Assembly: GCA_016125375.1 (NCBI GenBank)
Contig: WGLU01000003.1
Span: 36,954-100,953 of the forward strand
Length of the DNA: 64,000 nt
Source of the DNA: Pseudomonadota bacterium
GTDB lineage: Bacteria > Pseudomonadota > Alphaproteobacteria > UBA1280 > RI-95
Direction: 5' to 3'
The notes beneath the pieces were generated by a model. The model ran no database searches. It saw only the letters and a program-made list of their open reading frames with translations, and had not been told where the DNA came from. The position numbers were made by a program, and so were the translations under genes. Shown here in pieces: positions 44,956-53,750 of this stretch (position 1 is its first letter; each line of letters opens with the position of its first letter).

Positions 44956-46493
44956 GCTTTGGCAAGGGGGAGGGTGATGGTGGCAATGGTGCCGAGCGCA
45001 GGTGTGCTCTCCAGAGTGATTTCGCCGCCCATTTCCTCAATCAGGCGTTTGGTGGTCGGCAGGCCCAGACCGGTGCCCCCTGTTTTGGTGGTGAAGAACG
45101 GTTCAAACAGTCTGTCCATCACATCTGTCGGGATGGGTTTGCCACCGTTCTGGATGCGAATGTGTGCCGTCCGTTCGTCGTAGCTGGCGCTGATAAGGAC
45201 AGACTTGGTACCGCTGTGGGCCTCGCAAGCGTTTTTAACGAGGTTTATGAGGGCCTGAAGCAGTTTGTTCTTATCGGCCATAATTGTGCACGGGGTCTGG
45301 AAGCCTACATAGTCCATTGCAACTTTGCTGTCTTTCCCGAGGGCATCAAAGGTGGGCTGTGCCTGCGCCAGTACGGCTTCGAGGGAGAGGGGGGTGATAT
45401 CTGTAGGCGTCGTTGCAGCAAAGGCCAGGATACCCTTGAGCATACTGTCGAGGCGGGCAACCTCCGCCTGCACCAGTTCCATACGGCGGATGCTTTTGCT
45501 GTCCATATCATCCAGCAGAGGGACGATTTGCTCGATGCCCATTTTGATGGAGGTAAGCGGATTGCGCAGCTCGTGGGCAATGGAGGATGAAAACTCGCCA
45601 ATCGCTGCCAGCCGTTCCTGCTGAACCATGCGTTCCTGCATATCCAGCAGTTTTTTGGTACGTTCCGCCACCATGTCTTCCAGCTTCTCGCGGTGGTCGC
45701 GCAATTTTGTATCCCGGTCACGCAGGTGATGCAGCAGCGTATTGAACAGGCGGGCTACCTGTGCCAGCTCGTTACTGCCGCTGATGGTCATGTTTTGCTC
45801 AAAACTGTCCTGTTGGACAATCTCGCGCATGGTTGTGCTCAGGCGGTTAACCGGGCGCAGCACGAAAATATTCAGCATGATGTAGATCATGACGAGCATC
45901 AGCACACTCAGGAACGAGGCAAAAACATACCCCGAACTTGCCATACCCCGATAAAAAGGCGCCTGCTCAAAAGTCTGATTATTGAAGACGACGATGTGCA
46001 CATCCAGCGGCTGAAAATAGGTGTGTGCGAGTGTAATCCCGTTCTTTGTGGCACTGCCTTGCACAAACGCTGCCTTGTTGCCCATCAGCTCGCTGATATT
46101 AATCAGGCTTGCGGCAGGTTTATCGGAACGGGTATTCAGCAGAATTTTGCCGCTGTCATCCAAAAGGAGCAAGCCCGTCGAGGGTCTGTTGAGCAGTACC
46201 AGCATCTGCTCGGATACATCAAGCGCTACGGCAATTTGCAGACCGTCCTGAGACAGTCCCGGTGTCTCCTCCTGCACACGCTTCAGGCTTTCGCCAACAA
46301 GCGTCCGTGCAAAAAAAGCGTCGTTCTTCAGGGTTTCGACAGACAGGTAGTTGTACAGCTCCCGGGTGGCGTCACGGGTATAGTACATGCCAAGGGCAAT
46401 CACAATCATCACTGCCCCGAACAGCGGCACAGCCGTGCGCAAGAACAGGCTGTTGGGGTGAAAGGCGTGGGTGTTTGTCTTGGCGTTCATCAT
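44952..46493 (-). CDS. sensor histidine kinase with periplasmic sensing domain (no adjacent response regulator)
   Basis: Two TM segments flank an extracytoplasmic region of about 150 aa. HisKA 'HELRNPLTSI' and HATPase_c motifs 'GGTGLGL'. Confidence 0.75.
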   Translation of the reverse strand: MMNAKTNTHAFHPNSLFLRTAVPLFGAVMIVIALGMYYTRDATRELYNYLSVETLKNDAFFARTLVGESLKRVQEETPGLSQDGLQIAVALDVSEQMLVLLNRPSTGLLLLDDSGKILLNTRSDKPAASLINISELMGNKAAFVQGSATKNGITLAHTYFQPLDVHIVVFNNQTFEQAPFYRGMASSGYVFASFLSVLMLVMIYIMLNIFVLRPVNRLSTTMREIVQQDSFEQNMTISGSNELAQVARLFNTLLHHLRDRDTKLRDHREKLEDMVAERTKKLLDMQERMVQQERLAAIGEFSSSIAHELRNPLTSIKMGIEQIVPLLDDMDSKSIRRMELVQAEVARLDSMLKGILAFAATTPTDITPLSLEAVLAQAQPTFDALGKDSKVAMDYVGFQTPCTIMADKNKLLQALINLVKNACEAHSGTKSVLISASYDERTAHIRIQNGGKPIPTDVMDRLFEPFFTTKTGGTGLGLPTTKRLIEEMGGEITLESTPALGTIATITLPLAKA

Positions 46494-46550
46494 TAGGTAT
46501 GCTTGTTTTTATGCTTCCATCATACGGTGCGTATGCACACAGGTGCAACC

Positions 46551-46922
46551 ATGACGACCAAAGCAAAAGTTTATAAAGACATTATCTGCCTTGAAGTTGC
46601 TTCCCCCGAGGGGGGAAAGTGGTGGTTTCAAACACCATCCCTTTCGTACACGCCGTACCATGTCGACCGCATTCAGCGTCTCGTCTGGGGTAAAATGACC
46701 GGTTCGAGCCGGGAGGTTCTGGCCGTCCCCGTCCAGAAGGGCGCACAGGAGGTTCTGGTTGCCGTCAACCTTCCCCGCAGCGATCTGGCTGCGCTCAAGC
46801 GCCGCAAGCTCATTCCGGCGGGTTACCCCGTACCTGACCGGGAGAATGCGTATACCCCTTGGCCTGACCATGCGCAGGAGCGGCTGAGCGCACAGCAAAA
46901 GGCTGCCAAAAACCTGTACTGA
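46551..46922 (+). CDS. hypothetical protein (about 123 aa)
   Basis: Start taken at 'MTTKAKVYKD'. No recognised family. Confidence 0.35.
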   Translation: MTTKAKVYKDIICLEVASPEGGKWWFQTPSLSYTPYHVDRIQRLVWGKMTGSSREVLAVPVQKGAQEVLVAVNLPRSDLAALKRRKLIPAGYPVPDRENAYTPWPDHAQERLSAQQKAAKNLY

Positions 46923-46933
46923 AAAACAAAAAA

Positions 46934-46954
46934 TGCCGGCCCCGAAGGGCCGGC
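46934..46954 (-). terminator. hairpin terminator between convergent hypothetical genes
   Basis: gccggccc-cgaa-gggccggc, with the T-run on the minus strand side. Confidence 0.5.
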
Positions 46955-46965
46955 AAGACGATAAA

Positions 46966-47298
46966 TCAGGTGAGGGCGACAACGCCGAGGGCGGGGAAGT
47001 TCTGCACCTTGGCGACGATGCGGGACTCCGCTTCGACCGCCCGGGCCACGTGTGCGCCTTCCGGGTCGCTGACGCAGAACGCCACCGCCATCATGGTGGT
47101 GGGGCAGTCGTCGGTCGCCTGGTAGGGAGCCGTGTAGCCGAGGAGGTTGTCCAGCAGATGCCGGGGGCCTTCGGCGACGATGACCAGTAACGCCTCGGTG
47201 GTTTCCGTGCGGGCTATTTCCAGCACCTGTCCGGTGAGGGTGGCTGCCCGGGCATCGAGCGTGAAGCGGAACTGGTCGGCGAGGTCGGCGATGTTCAT
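46966..47298 (-). CDS. hypothetical protein (110 aa)
   Basis: Mixed alpha/beta-looking composition. No recognised family. Confidence 0.35.
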   Translation of the reverse strand: MNIADLADQFRFTLDARAATLTGQVLEIARTETTEALLVIVAEGPRHLLDNLLGYTAPYQATDDCPTTMMAVAFCVSDPEGAHVARAVEAESRIVAKVQNFPALGVVALT

Positions 47299-47352
47299 AA
47301 CGCACGTCTCCTGTTTCTGACGCAGGTTTGGCTAAAAGATAAAAAGCAGGTG

Positions 47353-47380
47353 TTGCCTCACGCAGGTGTGCTGTCTATAC
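47353..47380 (+). promoter_or_regulatory. candidate promoter of the SRP RNA gene
   Basis: TTGCCT, 16 nt spacer, TATACT, placing the transcription start about 6 nt before the first helix. Confidence 0.4.
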
Positions 47381-47385
47381 TCGGC

Positions 47386-47478
47386 GCGGGTGTAAGGGGC
47401 AGACGGAAAATGCGTAACCCCGCCAGGTCCGGAAGGAAGCAACGGTATCGTAGCCCCCGGGTTGTCCCTTACACTCAT
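47386..47478 (+). ncRNA. ffs: signal recognition particle RNA (small/4.5S type, ffs)
   Basis: Contains the conserved domain IV sequence 'CAGGTCCGGAAGGAAGCA'. The ends pair as gtgtaaggg...cccttacac into a long hairpin. Position upstream of dnaX matches common ffs-dnaX synteny. A hairpin follows. Confidence 0.7.
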
Positions 47479-47533
47479 GCGAGCAGAAAGCCAGAGCCGC
47501 CCATTGGGCGGCTCTGCTGCGTTTGGTGGTTGC

Positions 47534-47971
47534 CTAGCAACCGGTGTTGGTGTCGGTGTCGCCCACCAGCTCGGCCCAGGCCTTGTCGGCATCGCCATAG
47601 GTCCAGGCGTAGTGGTGGATGGTGTTACCCTGCACCTCGAACACGTAGACCTCGCCGGGCATCAGCACCTCGCCGCTGACCGTGGTCTGCGGGGTGATGA
47701 AGTCGGTCGGCTTGGTGACGTCGGGAGCATCGATGCCGAAGATGGTGTTGCGGCCGGTGGTGCGGATGGTGATTTCCGCCTTGCCGTTCAGGCTGTAGCT
47801 GTGGCGCATCTGGGCGATGAACAGCCGGCGCTTGCTTTTCAGCTTGGGGTCGCTCAACGCTTCCGCCAGGGTTGCCAGAATGTCGACGGGGACGCTCTGT
47901 GCCAGGCTGCTGGCATTGGCGAAAGTGTTCAGCACGGCCATCGGGCCGATGTGAATGATGGTGGCAGTCAT
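47534..47971 (-). CDS. hypothetical protein (about 145 aa)
   Basis: Start taken at 'MTATIIHIGPM'. Composition looks beta-rich. No recognised family. The antisense-strand ORF here is Gly/Ala/Val-rich and looks spurious. Confidence 0.35.
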   Translation of the reverse strand: MTATIIHIGPMAVLNTFANASSLAQSVPVDILATLAEALSDPKLKSKRRLFIAQMRHSYSLNGKAEITIRTTGRNTIFGIDAPDVTKPTDFITPQTTVSGEVLMPGEVYVFEVQGNTIHHYAWTYGDADKAWAELVGDTDTNTGC

Positions 47972-48158
47972 GGAACTGTCCTTCAGAGTTGAGGTACGAA
48001 AAAGGCACGGGAAAGGTGTTGCTAAAAGGTTAGCCCAGCACATCTAGTGTAAAAAAAGGGCAATTTCAAGTTTTTCATGTAAAACAGGGCTGCTGATGGG
48101 TGTTTTCGGACGTGTTCTGTGCTAGGATAACCCCCTCAGTTTCAGCGGAGGAAAACCC

Positions 48159-49895
48159 ATGTCCGATATGTTTGGCGGCCTGCCGGAAGATAAAGGCGGT
48201 AAGGAGTATCTGGTCCTTGCCCGCAAGTACCGTCCGCAAACCTTTGCCGACCTTAAAGGGCAAGAGGCGCTGGTCACCACCCTGACCAATGCCATCAAGG
48301 CCAACCGCATTCACCACGCGTATGTGCTCACGGGTATTCGCGGCGTGGGCAAAACCACAACTGCACGCATCATGGCCAAGGCACTCAACTGCGAGGGCGG
48401 GCCTGCACCGCAGTGGGCTGCGGAAGACCCCCAATGTACTGCTATTGCCAATGGCCGCCATGTAGACGTGCTGGAGTTTGATGCCGCATCCTATACCGGT
48501 GTGGACGATATTCGCGATCTGTTCGAGGGTGTAGGCTATCAGCCTGTGCAGGGGCGCTACAAAATCTACATCATTGACGAGGTGCACATGCTCTCGCGGC
48601 AGGCGTTCAACGCGCTGCTCAAAACGCTCGAAGAGCCGCCTGCCCACGTCAAGTTCATCTTTGCCACGACCGAGGTGAACAAGATCCCGGTCACAGTGCT
48701 CTCCCGCTGTCAGCGGTTCGACCTGCGCCGCGTGCCCATGCAGGTGTTGCAGCAGCACTTTGGCGAAATCCTGCAGAAAGAAGAGCTACAGGCATCCGAA
48801 GCTGCCCTGACCCTGATTGCCCGCGCGGCGGATGGCTCTGTGCGGGATGGCCTGTCCCTGCTCGACCAGGCCATTGCCTTGGCCGCAGGCCAGCCGATTG
48901 ACGAAGTGCTGGTTACCTCCATGCTCGGCCTTGCCGACAAGGGGCGCCTGTACGACCTGCTGGAAAACCTGCTGACCGGCCAGACCACGCCGGTTGTTGA
49001 AGTATTGGCTGATATGTACAGCCTTGGCCATGACCCGTTGTTGCTGATCAGCGAACTGATGGAGCTTTGTCACCTGCTGACGCGTCTGAAAGCTATTCCA
49101 AAGGCAGCAGAAGCGCCTGACCTGACCGAACTGGACCGCACCCGTGGTGTTGAACTGGCTGCCAAACTGCGGATGGAATCCCTTGCCCGTGCCTATCAGA
49201 TGCTCCTGACGGGCCTGAACGAGGCTAAAAATGCCGTCCGCCCGTTCGAGGCGGTGGAGATGGCCTTTATCCGTATCGCCTATCTGGCACCTGTGCCTGC
49301 GGTGGATATTTTGCTGGGTAAATCCATGCCTGCCGCTGACGCTAGCCCTCAGCCGGAGCAACCCGCTGTAAAAAAGCCTGAACCGCCTATTGCGGCGGCT
49401 CCGCCGCCCATACCTGCCGTGGCCACAGGCCCGGCCCCCTGGGAAGATGATGAACCGGAACCAGCCGTAGAAGAGGTTGTGCCGCAAGAGCAAGTCACAC
49501 CGCAAGCACAGCATGCCGATGGCTTTGCTGACTGGGATGCGCTGGTATCTGCGGTGTCCAAAGCGCGCCCCTATTTGGGGGCGGAGCTCGCTAAAAAAGG
49601 GCGCCCCGTTAAACTGGATGGGCAAAGGTTAGACGTTTATCTACCTGACGCGGGGTTCAAAACGGGGGCGGAGCTGGCAAAAGAACTGGCGACAACGCTA
49701 GAAGGGATGACAGGTTCGCGTTGGCAGGTTAATCTGGCGGCGCAAGCGAACGGTGAAACCGTCAGCGAGAAGAAGGAACGTGTCAAAGTCGAGAAAATCC
49801 GGCAGGCGCGGGAGGCGGAACCGGTCCGCCGCGTGATGAACGCTTTCCCCGGTGCCGATGTGGTAGATGTAATTCAACCTGAAAACGAGGACTAA
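48159..49895 (+). CDS. dnaX: DNA polymerase III subunits gamma/tau
   Basis: AAA+ clamp-loader motifs 'GIRGVGKTTTARI' and 'KIYIIDEVHML'. Pro/Ala-rich tau linker in the C-terminal half. Confidence 0.9.
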   Translation: MSDMFGGLPEDKGGKEYLVLARKYRPQTFADLKGQEALVTTLTNAIKANRIHHAYVLTGIRGVGKTTTARIMAKALNCEGGPAPQWAAEDPQCTAIANGRHVDVLEFDAASYTGVDDIRDLFEGVGYQPVQGRYKIYIIDEVHMLSRQAFNALLKTLEEPPAHVKFIFATTEVNKIPVTVLSRCQRFDLRRVPMQVLQQHFGEILQKEELQASEAALTLIARAADGSVRDGLSLLDQAIALAAGQPIDEVLVTSMLGLADKGRLYDLLENLLTGQTTPVVEVLADMYSLGHDPLLLISELMELCHLLTRLKAIPKAAEAPDLTELDRTRGVELAAKLRMESLARAYQMLLTGLNEAKNAVRPFEAVEMAFIRIAYLAPVPAVDILLGKSMPAADASPQPEQPAVKKPEPPIAAAPPPIPAVATGPAPWEDDEPEPAVEEVVPQEQVTPQAQHADGFADWDALVSAVSKARPYLGAELAKKGRPVKLDGQRLDVYLPDAGFKTGAELAKELATTLEGMTGSRWQVNLAAQANGETVSEKKERVKVEKIRQAREAEPVRRVMNAFPGADVVDVIQPENED

Positions 49896-49899
49896 AGAG

Positions 49900-50223
49900 A
49901 TGATGAAGGGTATGAAGGATATGGCCTCCATGATGCGGCAGGCCCAGCAGATGAAAAAAGACATGGCCACCATGCAGGCCAAGCTGGATGAGCTGACCAT
50001 GGACGGTACCGCTGCCGGCGGTAAAGTAACCGTGACCATGAGTGGTAAAATGCTGGTTCGTGGTGTGAAAATCGACACGGCACTGGTAGATGCCGACGAT
50101 GTTGAAACATTGGAAGACCTGATTGCAGCCGCGACGAACGATGCCCTGACCAAAGTGCAGGACTACGTAAACGGCGAAGTACAAAAAATCACTGGCGGTC
50201 TGGGCGGCGGTCTGCTGGGCTGA
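49900..50223 (+). CDS. ybaB: nucleoid-associated protein YbaB/EbfC
   Basis: 107 aa. 'MQAKLDEL...GGKVTVTMSGK' is typical of the family, and it sits immediately after dnaX. Confidence 0.85.
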   Translation: MMKGMKDMASMMRQAQQMKKDMATMQAKLDELTMDGTAAGGKVTVTMSGKMLVRGVKIDTALVDADDVETLEDLIAAATNDALTKVQDYVNGEVQKITGGLGGGLLG

Positions 50224-50237
50224 CCTTGAACAGTGCC

Positions 50238-50277
50238 CATAAAAAACGCCGCCCTTTCGGGCGGCGTTTCGTTTGTC
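50238..50277. terminator. bidirectional terminator after ybaB
   Basis: aacgccgccc-tttc-gggcggcgtt. Confidence 0.65.
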
Positions 50278-50617
50278 AGGACACAAAGTCCTCCAGCTTC
50301 TGGCTGTGGGTGAATCCCAGTTCTTCCAGCTCGGCGATGATGTCGTCACGGCTCAGGCCGGTCATCTCGCTGTAGCTGTCCTCGGTCATTTCACCGTAGT
50401 TGGCGGGTAGGATATTCTCCAGCGCCATGTAGCTGTCGTACAGGTGGCCGTTGCCCTTCCAGTAGCTTTCGGGGCAGAAGGTGACGACGGTTTCGCCATC
50501 CTGTTCAGTCACGGCGAAGAGGAACTCCTCGGCTTCGATTTCCTCGGCCCAGAGCATCTCGTCATCGTTGTCGGTGTCAAAGTCGGTGTCGTCCCACGGA
50601 CGGGGGGTGCGGGTCAT
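50276..50617 (-). CDS. small acidic hypothetical protein
   Basis: Start taken at 'MTRTPRPWDD'. Highly acidic (D/E-rich). No recognised family. Confidence 0.35.
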   Translation of the reverse strand: MTRTPRPWDDTDFDTDNDDEMLWAEEIEAEEFLFAVTEQDGETVVTFCPESYWKGNGHLYDSYMALENILPANYGEMTEDSYSEMTGLSRDDIIAELEELGFTHSQKLEDFVS

Positions 50618-50750
50618 GGCCGTCTCCCTTGGGGTGGGGCAAAAGGTAAACAAAGGTAAGGTATCAACTGTTTTGCCACCTTATCATGGCAAGGCAGGAC
50701 GATAAATCGTATAATGGCCGCCTGATTGACGACAAAAAGGGGCCTCTGCC

Positions 50751-51107
50751 GTGCTGACTATCTACCACAACCCCCGTTGCAGCAAATCCCGCCAGACACT
50801 GGCGCTGATTGAAGACAGCAAAACACCACACACGACGGTGCTTTATCTGGATACACCACCCGCGGCAGTTATTCTGGAGCGCGCTCTTGCCATCCTCGGG
50901 CGTGACGTAATGCTCCGTACCGGTGAAGACGCTTATAAAGAACATATCAAAGACAAAAATCTGAGTGAGGCCGCTTTGGCAGCGCTGATGGTTGAACACC
51001 CAAGTATCATTGAACGCCCGCTGGTTGTGGCGGATGATGGCCGCATGGTGATGGGGCGCCCGCCCGAAAATGTGGCTCCCCTGCTGAAAGGAGCAAAAAG
51101 CGCATGA
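50751..51107 (+). CDS. ArsC/Spx-family redox protein (YffB-like)
   Basis: N-terminal 'IYHNPRCSKSRQTL' with the catalytic Cys of the arsenate-reductase-like fold. Confidence 0.65.
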   Translation: MLTIYHNPRCSKSRQTLALIEDSKTPHTTVLYLDTPPAAVILERALAILGRDVMLRTGEDAYKEHIKDKNLSEAALAALMVEHPSIIERPLVVADDGRMVMGRPPENVAPLLKGAKSA

Positions 51108-51694
51108 TTCCCGCCCCGTTGGAGCATTTGATGAAGCAGCTTTCCCGCCTGCCGGGTTTGGGGCCGCGCAGTGCCCGCCGGGCTGCGCTGCACCTGATGG
51201 TCAGCCCCAGCGCCATGGGTAACCTGGCCCACGCGATGGAAGAAGTGGCCCGTCAGGTCACCACCTGCACCACCTGTGGCAACGTGGACTTGACCGACCC
51301 CTGCAACATTTGTACGGATGCCAAGCGCGACGGCAGCCTGCTGTGTGTGGTGGAAGGTGTTTCTGACCTGTGGGCGATGGAGCGCTCGGGGGCGTTTAAT
51401 GGCCGCTATCATGTGCTGGGTGGCCTGTTGAGCGCGCTGGAAGGCGTTGGACCGGATGATCTGCGCCTCGGTCAGCTCCTTGCCCGTGTTGAGGGCGGGG
51501 TGGTCAGTGAGGTGATTCTGGCACTGTCCGCCAGTGTGGAAGGGCAGACAACCGGACACTTTATCGCCGAGAAACTCAAACCACACGGTGTGAAGGTGTC
51601 CATGCTTGCGAAAGGCATGCCTATGGGCGCCGATGTGGATTATATGGACGAGGGCACGCTCAACCTTGCCCTCACAGGAAGGATGGCTGTCTGA
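51104..51694 (+). CDS. recR: recombination protein RecR
   Basis: HhH 'LPGLGPRSARRAA', C4 zinc finger 'CTTCGN...CNIC', and Toprim. Confidence 0.9.
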   Translation: MIPAPLEHLMKQLSRLPGLGPRSARRAALHLMVSPSAMGNLAHAMEEVARQVTTCTTCGNVDLTDPCNICTDAKRDGSLLCVVEGVSDLWAMERSGAFNGRYHVLGGLLSALEGVGPDDLRLGQLLARVEGGVVSEVILALSASVEGQTTGHFIAEKLKPHGVKVSMLAKGMPMGADVDYMDEGTLNLALTGRMAV

Positions 51695-52245
51695 TGCCGT
51701 TGCTCGAAACCCCTGTTTGCAATTTTGGAACACCTGCGCCGGATTTTTCCCTCAAGGGGGTTGACGGTAAAACCTATACGCTGGCGGATGTGCGCGGGCC
51801 AAACGGCCTGCTGGTGATGTTCATCTGCAACCATTGTCCGTTTGTAAAGGCCGTTGCTGACCGCCTGCCGGAAGATGTTGCCGAACTGCAGAAGGCTGGA
51901 GTTGGTGTAATCGCCATTAATAGCAATGACACGGTTGCGTATCCGGAAGATGACTTTGAACATATGAAAAAATTCTCCGCACAGCATGGATTTAATTTTC
52001 CGTATGCGATAGATGAGACGCAGGCTATCGGCAGGGCTTACGGCGCTGTCTGCACGCCGGATTTTTTCGGTTATAACCACAAAATGGAACTGCAATACCG
52101 AGGCCGTCTGGACGATGCCGGGCGTAACCCGCGTTCTGCCGCCAACAAGCGTGAGCTGGTGGACGCGATGCTCTGGGTTGCCGAGTCTGGCCATGGGCCA
52201 AAGGAACAAACGCCCAGTATGGGCTGTTCCATTAAATGGAAATAA
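51694..52245 (+). CDS. thioredoxin-fold redoxin (AhpC/TSA-like thiol-disulfide oxidoreductase)
   Basis: 'FICNHCPFV' CxxC-type motif in a thioredoxin fold. The start overlaps the recR stop. Confidence 0.6.
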   Translation: MPLLETPVCNFGTPAPDFSLKGVDGKTYTLADVRGPNGLLVMFICNHCPFVKAVADRLPEDVAELQKAGVGVIAINSNDTVAYPEDDFEHMKKFSAQHGFNFPYAIDETQAIGRAYGAVCTPDFFGYNHKMELQYRGRLDDAGRNPRSAANKRELVDAMLWVAESGHGPKEQTPSMGCSIKWK

Positions 52246-52409
52246 AGGCGGGACTTGCTCTTTGGGCGACTTTTACGCCGTCTGTGTTGCTGTGCTGCTC
52301 ACGTACGTGCCTGTACGCTGCGCTGCTCGCGCCGTGACGGCGCAAAAATTCATCCCAAATCCCGGCGCCCGTCTGGTTTGGTAAAAGATGCAAAGAGGAG
52401 TCTATAAAG

Positions 52410-53192
52410 ATGCTCAACGGTAAATACGCACTTGTCACAGGCTCGACCAGCGGGATTGGTCTGGCAACAGCACGCGCCCTAGCAGGGGAAGGTGCGCACA
52501 TCATCCTCAACGGGTTTGGGGATGCCAAGCAGATTGCCAAGCTCCGTAAGGACATGGCCGAGGAGTTCGGCGTCAAAGTTGCCTTTTCCGATGCGGACAT
52601 GAGCCGCTCCGACCACATTGACCTGATGTTCGAGCAGCTTTCGGAGTCTATCCCGCAGATTGATATTCTGGTCAATAACGTGGGCATTCAGCATACCGCA
52701 CCGATTGACGAGTTCCCGGTAGAAAAATGGGACGCCATTCTGGCTATCAACCTGTCGTCCTCCTTCCACACCATGCGCCATGTCATCCCTGGCATGCGGG
52801 AACGTAAATGGGGTCGTATTATCAATATCGCCAGCACCCACGGTCTGGTCGCATCCGTCAATAAGTCCGCTTATGTGGCTGCCAAGCACGGCATCATCGG
52901 CCTGACAAAAGTCGCCGCGCTGGAGCTGGCCGAAAGCGGTGTGACCTGTAACGCCATTTGCCCCGGTTGGGTGCGCACGCCGCTGGTGGAAAAGCAGATT
53001 GAAGCCCGCGCCAAAGCCAAGGGTATGGAAATTGAAGAGGCAGCCCGTGATCTGTTGATGGAAAAGCAACCTACCGGCCGTTTTATTAAACCGGAGGATA
53101 TTGGTGGTATGGCCGTATTTCTGACCAGCCCACACGCCGCAGGCGTGACGGGGAGTGTCTATGTTCTAGATGGCGGCTGGACGGCTCAATAG
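52410..53192 (+). CDS. bdhA: 3-hydroxybutyrate dehydrogenase (SDR family)
   Basis: 'KYALVTGSTSGIGLATA' Rossmann motif and YxxxK 'YVAAKHG'. High similarity of the N-terminus to BdhA. Confidence 0.75.
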   Translation: MLNGKYALVTGSTSGIGLATARALAGEGAHIILNGFGDAKQIAKLRKDMAEEFGVKVAFSDADMSRSDHIDLMFEQLSESIPQIDILVNNVGIQHTAPIDEFPVEKWDAILAINLSSSFHTMRHVIPGMRERKWGRIINIASTHGLVASVNKSAYVAAKHGIIGLTKVAALELAESGVTCNAICPGWVRTPLVEKQIEARAKAKGMEIEEAARDLLMEKQPTGRFIKPEDIGGMAVFLTSPHAAGVTGSVYVLDGGWTAQ

Positions 53193-53211
53193 TAGAGGTC
53201 CACGCATGGAT

Positions 53212-53246
53212 AAAAGGAAAGCCCTCTCGCGAGGGCTTTCCTTTTG
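53212..53246. terminator. bidirectional terminator (bdhA / rppH)
   Basis: ggaaagccctc-tcgc-gagggctttcc followed by T4. Confidence 0.65.
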
Positions 53247-53252
53247 AGCGCA

Positions 53253-53750
53253 TTACTTTAGCAGTTCATCCAGCACCGTACGGTAGACTGGCTTACGGAA
53301 GGCAATGGTCAGTTCGACAATTTCAGCGGCGGGGCGCCATGCCCAGCTGTCAAACTCGTGGTCGTGGGCTTTGGTCAGGTCAATGGTGCTATCGTCGCCC
53401 ACATAGTCGAACAGGAACCATTTCTGGCACTGGCCGACGAGGCCCATTTTCTCCAGACGGGACCCTTTAAGCAGCTCTTGGGGCAGGTTGTAGCCAATCC
53501 AGTCCGGCATTTCCTTGACCAGTTTCAGGTCGGTGGCGGGGATGCCTGTTTCTTCAAAAAACTCGCGGAGGGCAGCGTCCAGCGGATTTTCACCCTCATC
53601 AATGCCCCCTTGCGGCAGTTGCCAGGCACCGGGCTTGCCCGCACGTTCTGCTGTAAAAACAAGCCCTTTGCGGTTGCGGACCACAAGGCCTGCGTTGGGG
53701 CGGTATCTGCTGGTATCAGGGGTTGGCGTGCGGTGAATCGGTGTCGTCAC
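53253..53750 (-). CDS. rppH: RNA pyrophosphohydrolase (Nudix)
   Basis: Nudix box 'GGIDEGENPLDAALREFFEETG', N-terminal 'YRPNAGLVV'. Confidence 0.85.
   Translation of the reverse strand: MTTPIHRTPTPDTSRYRPNAGLVVRNRKGLVFTAERAGKPGAWQLPQGGIDEGENPLDAALREFFEETGIPATDLKLVKEMPDWIGYNLPQELLKGSRLEKMGLVGQCQKWFLFDYVGDDSTIDLTKAHDHEFDSWAWRPAAEIVELTIAFRKPVYRTVLDELLK

Noticed and set aside
47462-47992. 176-aa plus-strand ORF overlapping the SRP RNA and a minus-strand gene
   Set aside because: Gly/Ala/Val-rich. It starts inside the conserved SRP RNA domain IV, so an RNA gene explains the conservation better.
53716-53750. 35-nt overlap of the yibQ-like and rppH genes as a possible frameshift or fusion
   Set aside because: Both proteins have intact, family-typical termini. 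This is a modest overlap of co-oriented genes, and the yibQ-like start is probably slightly downstream.
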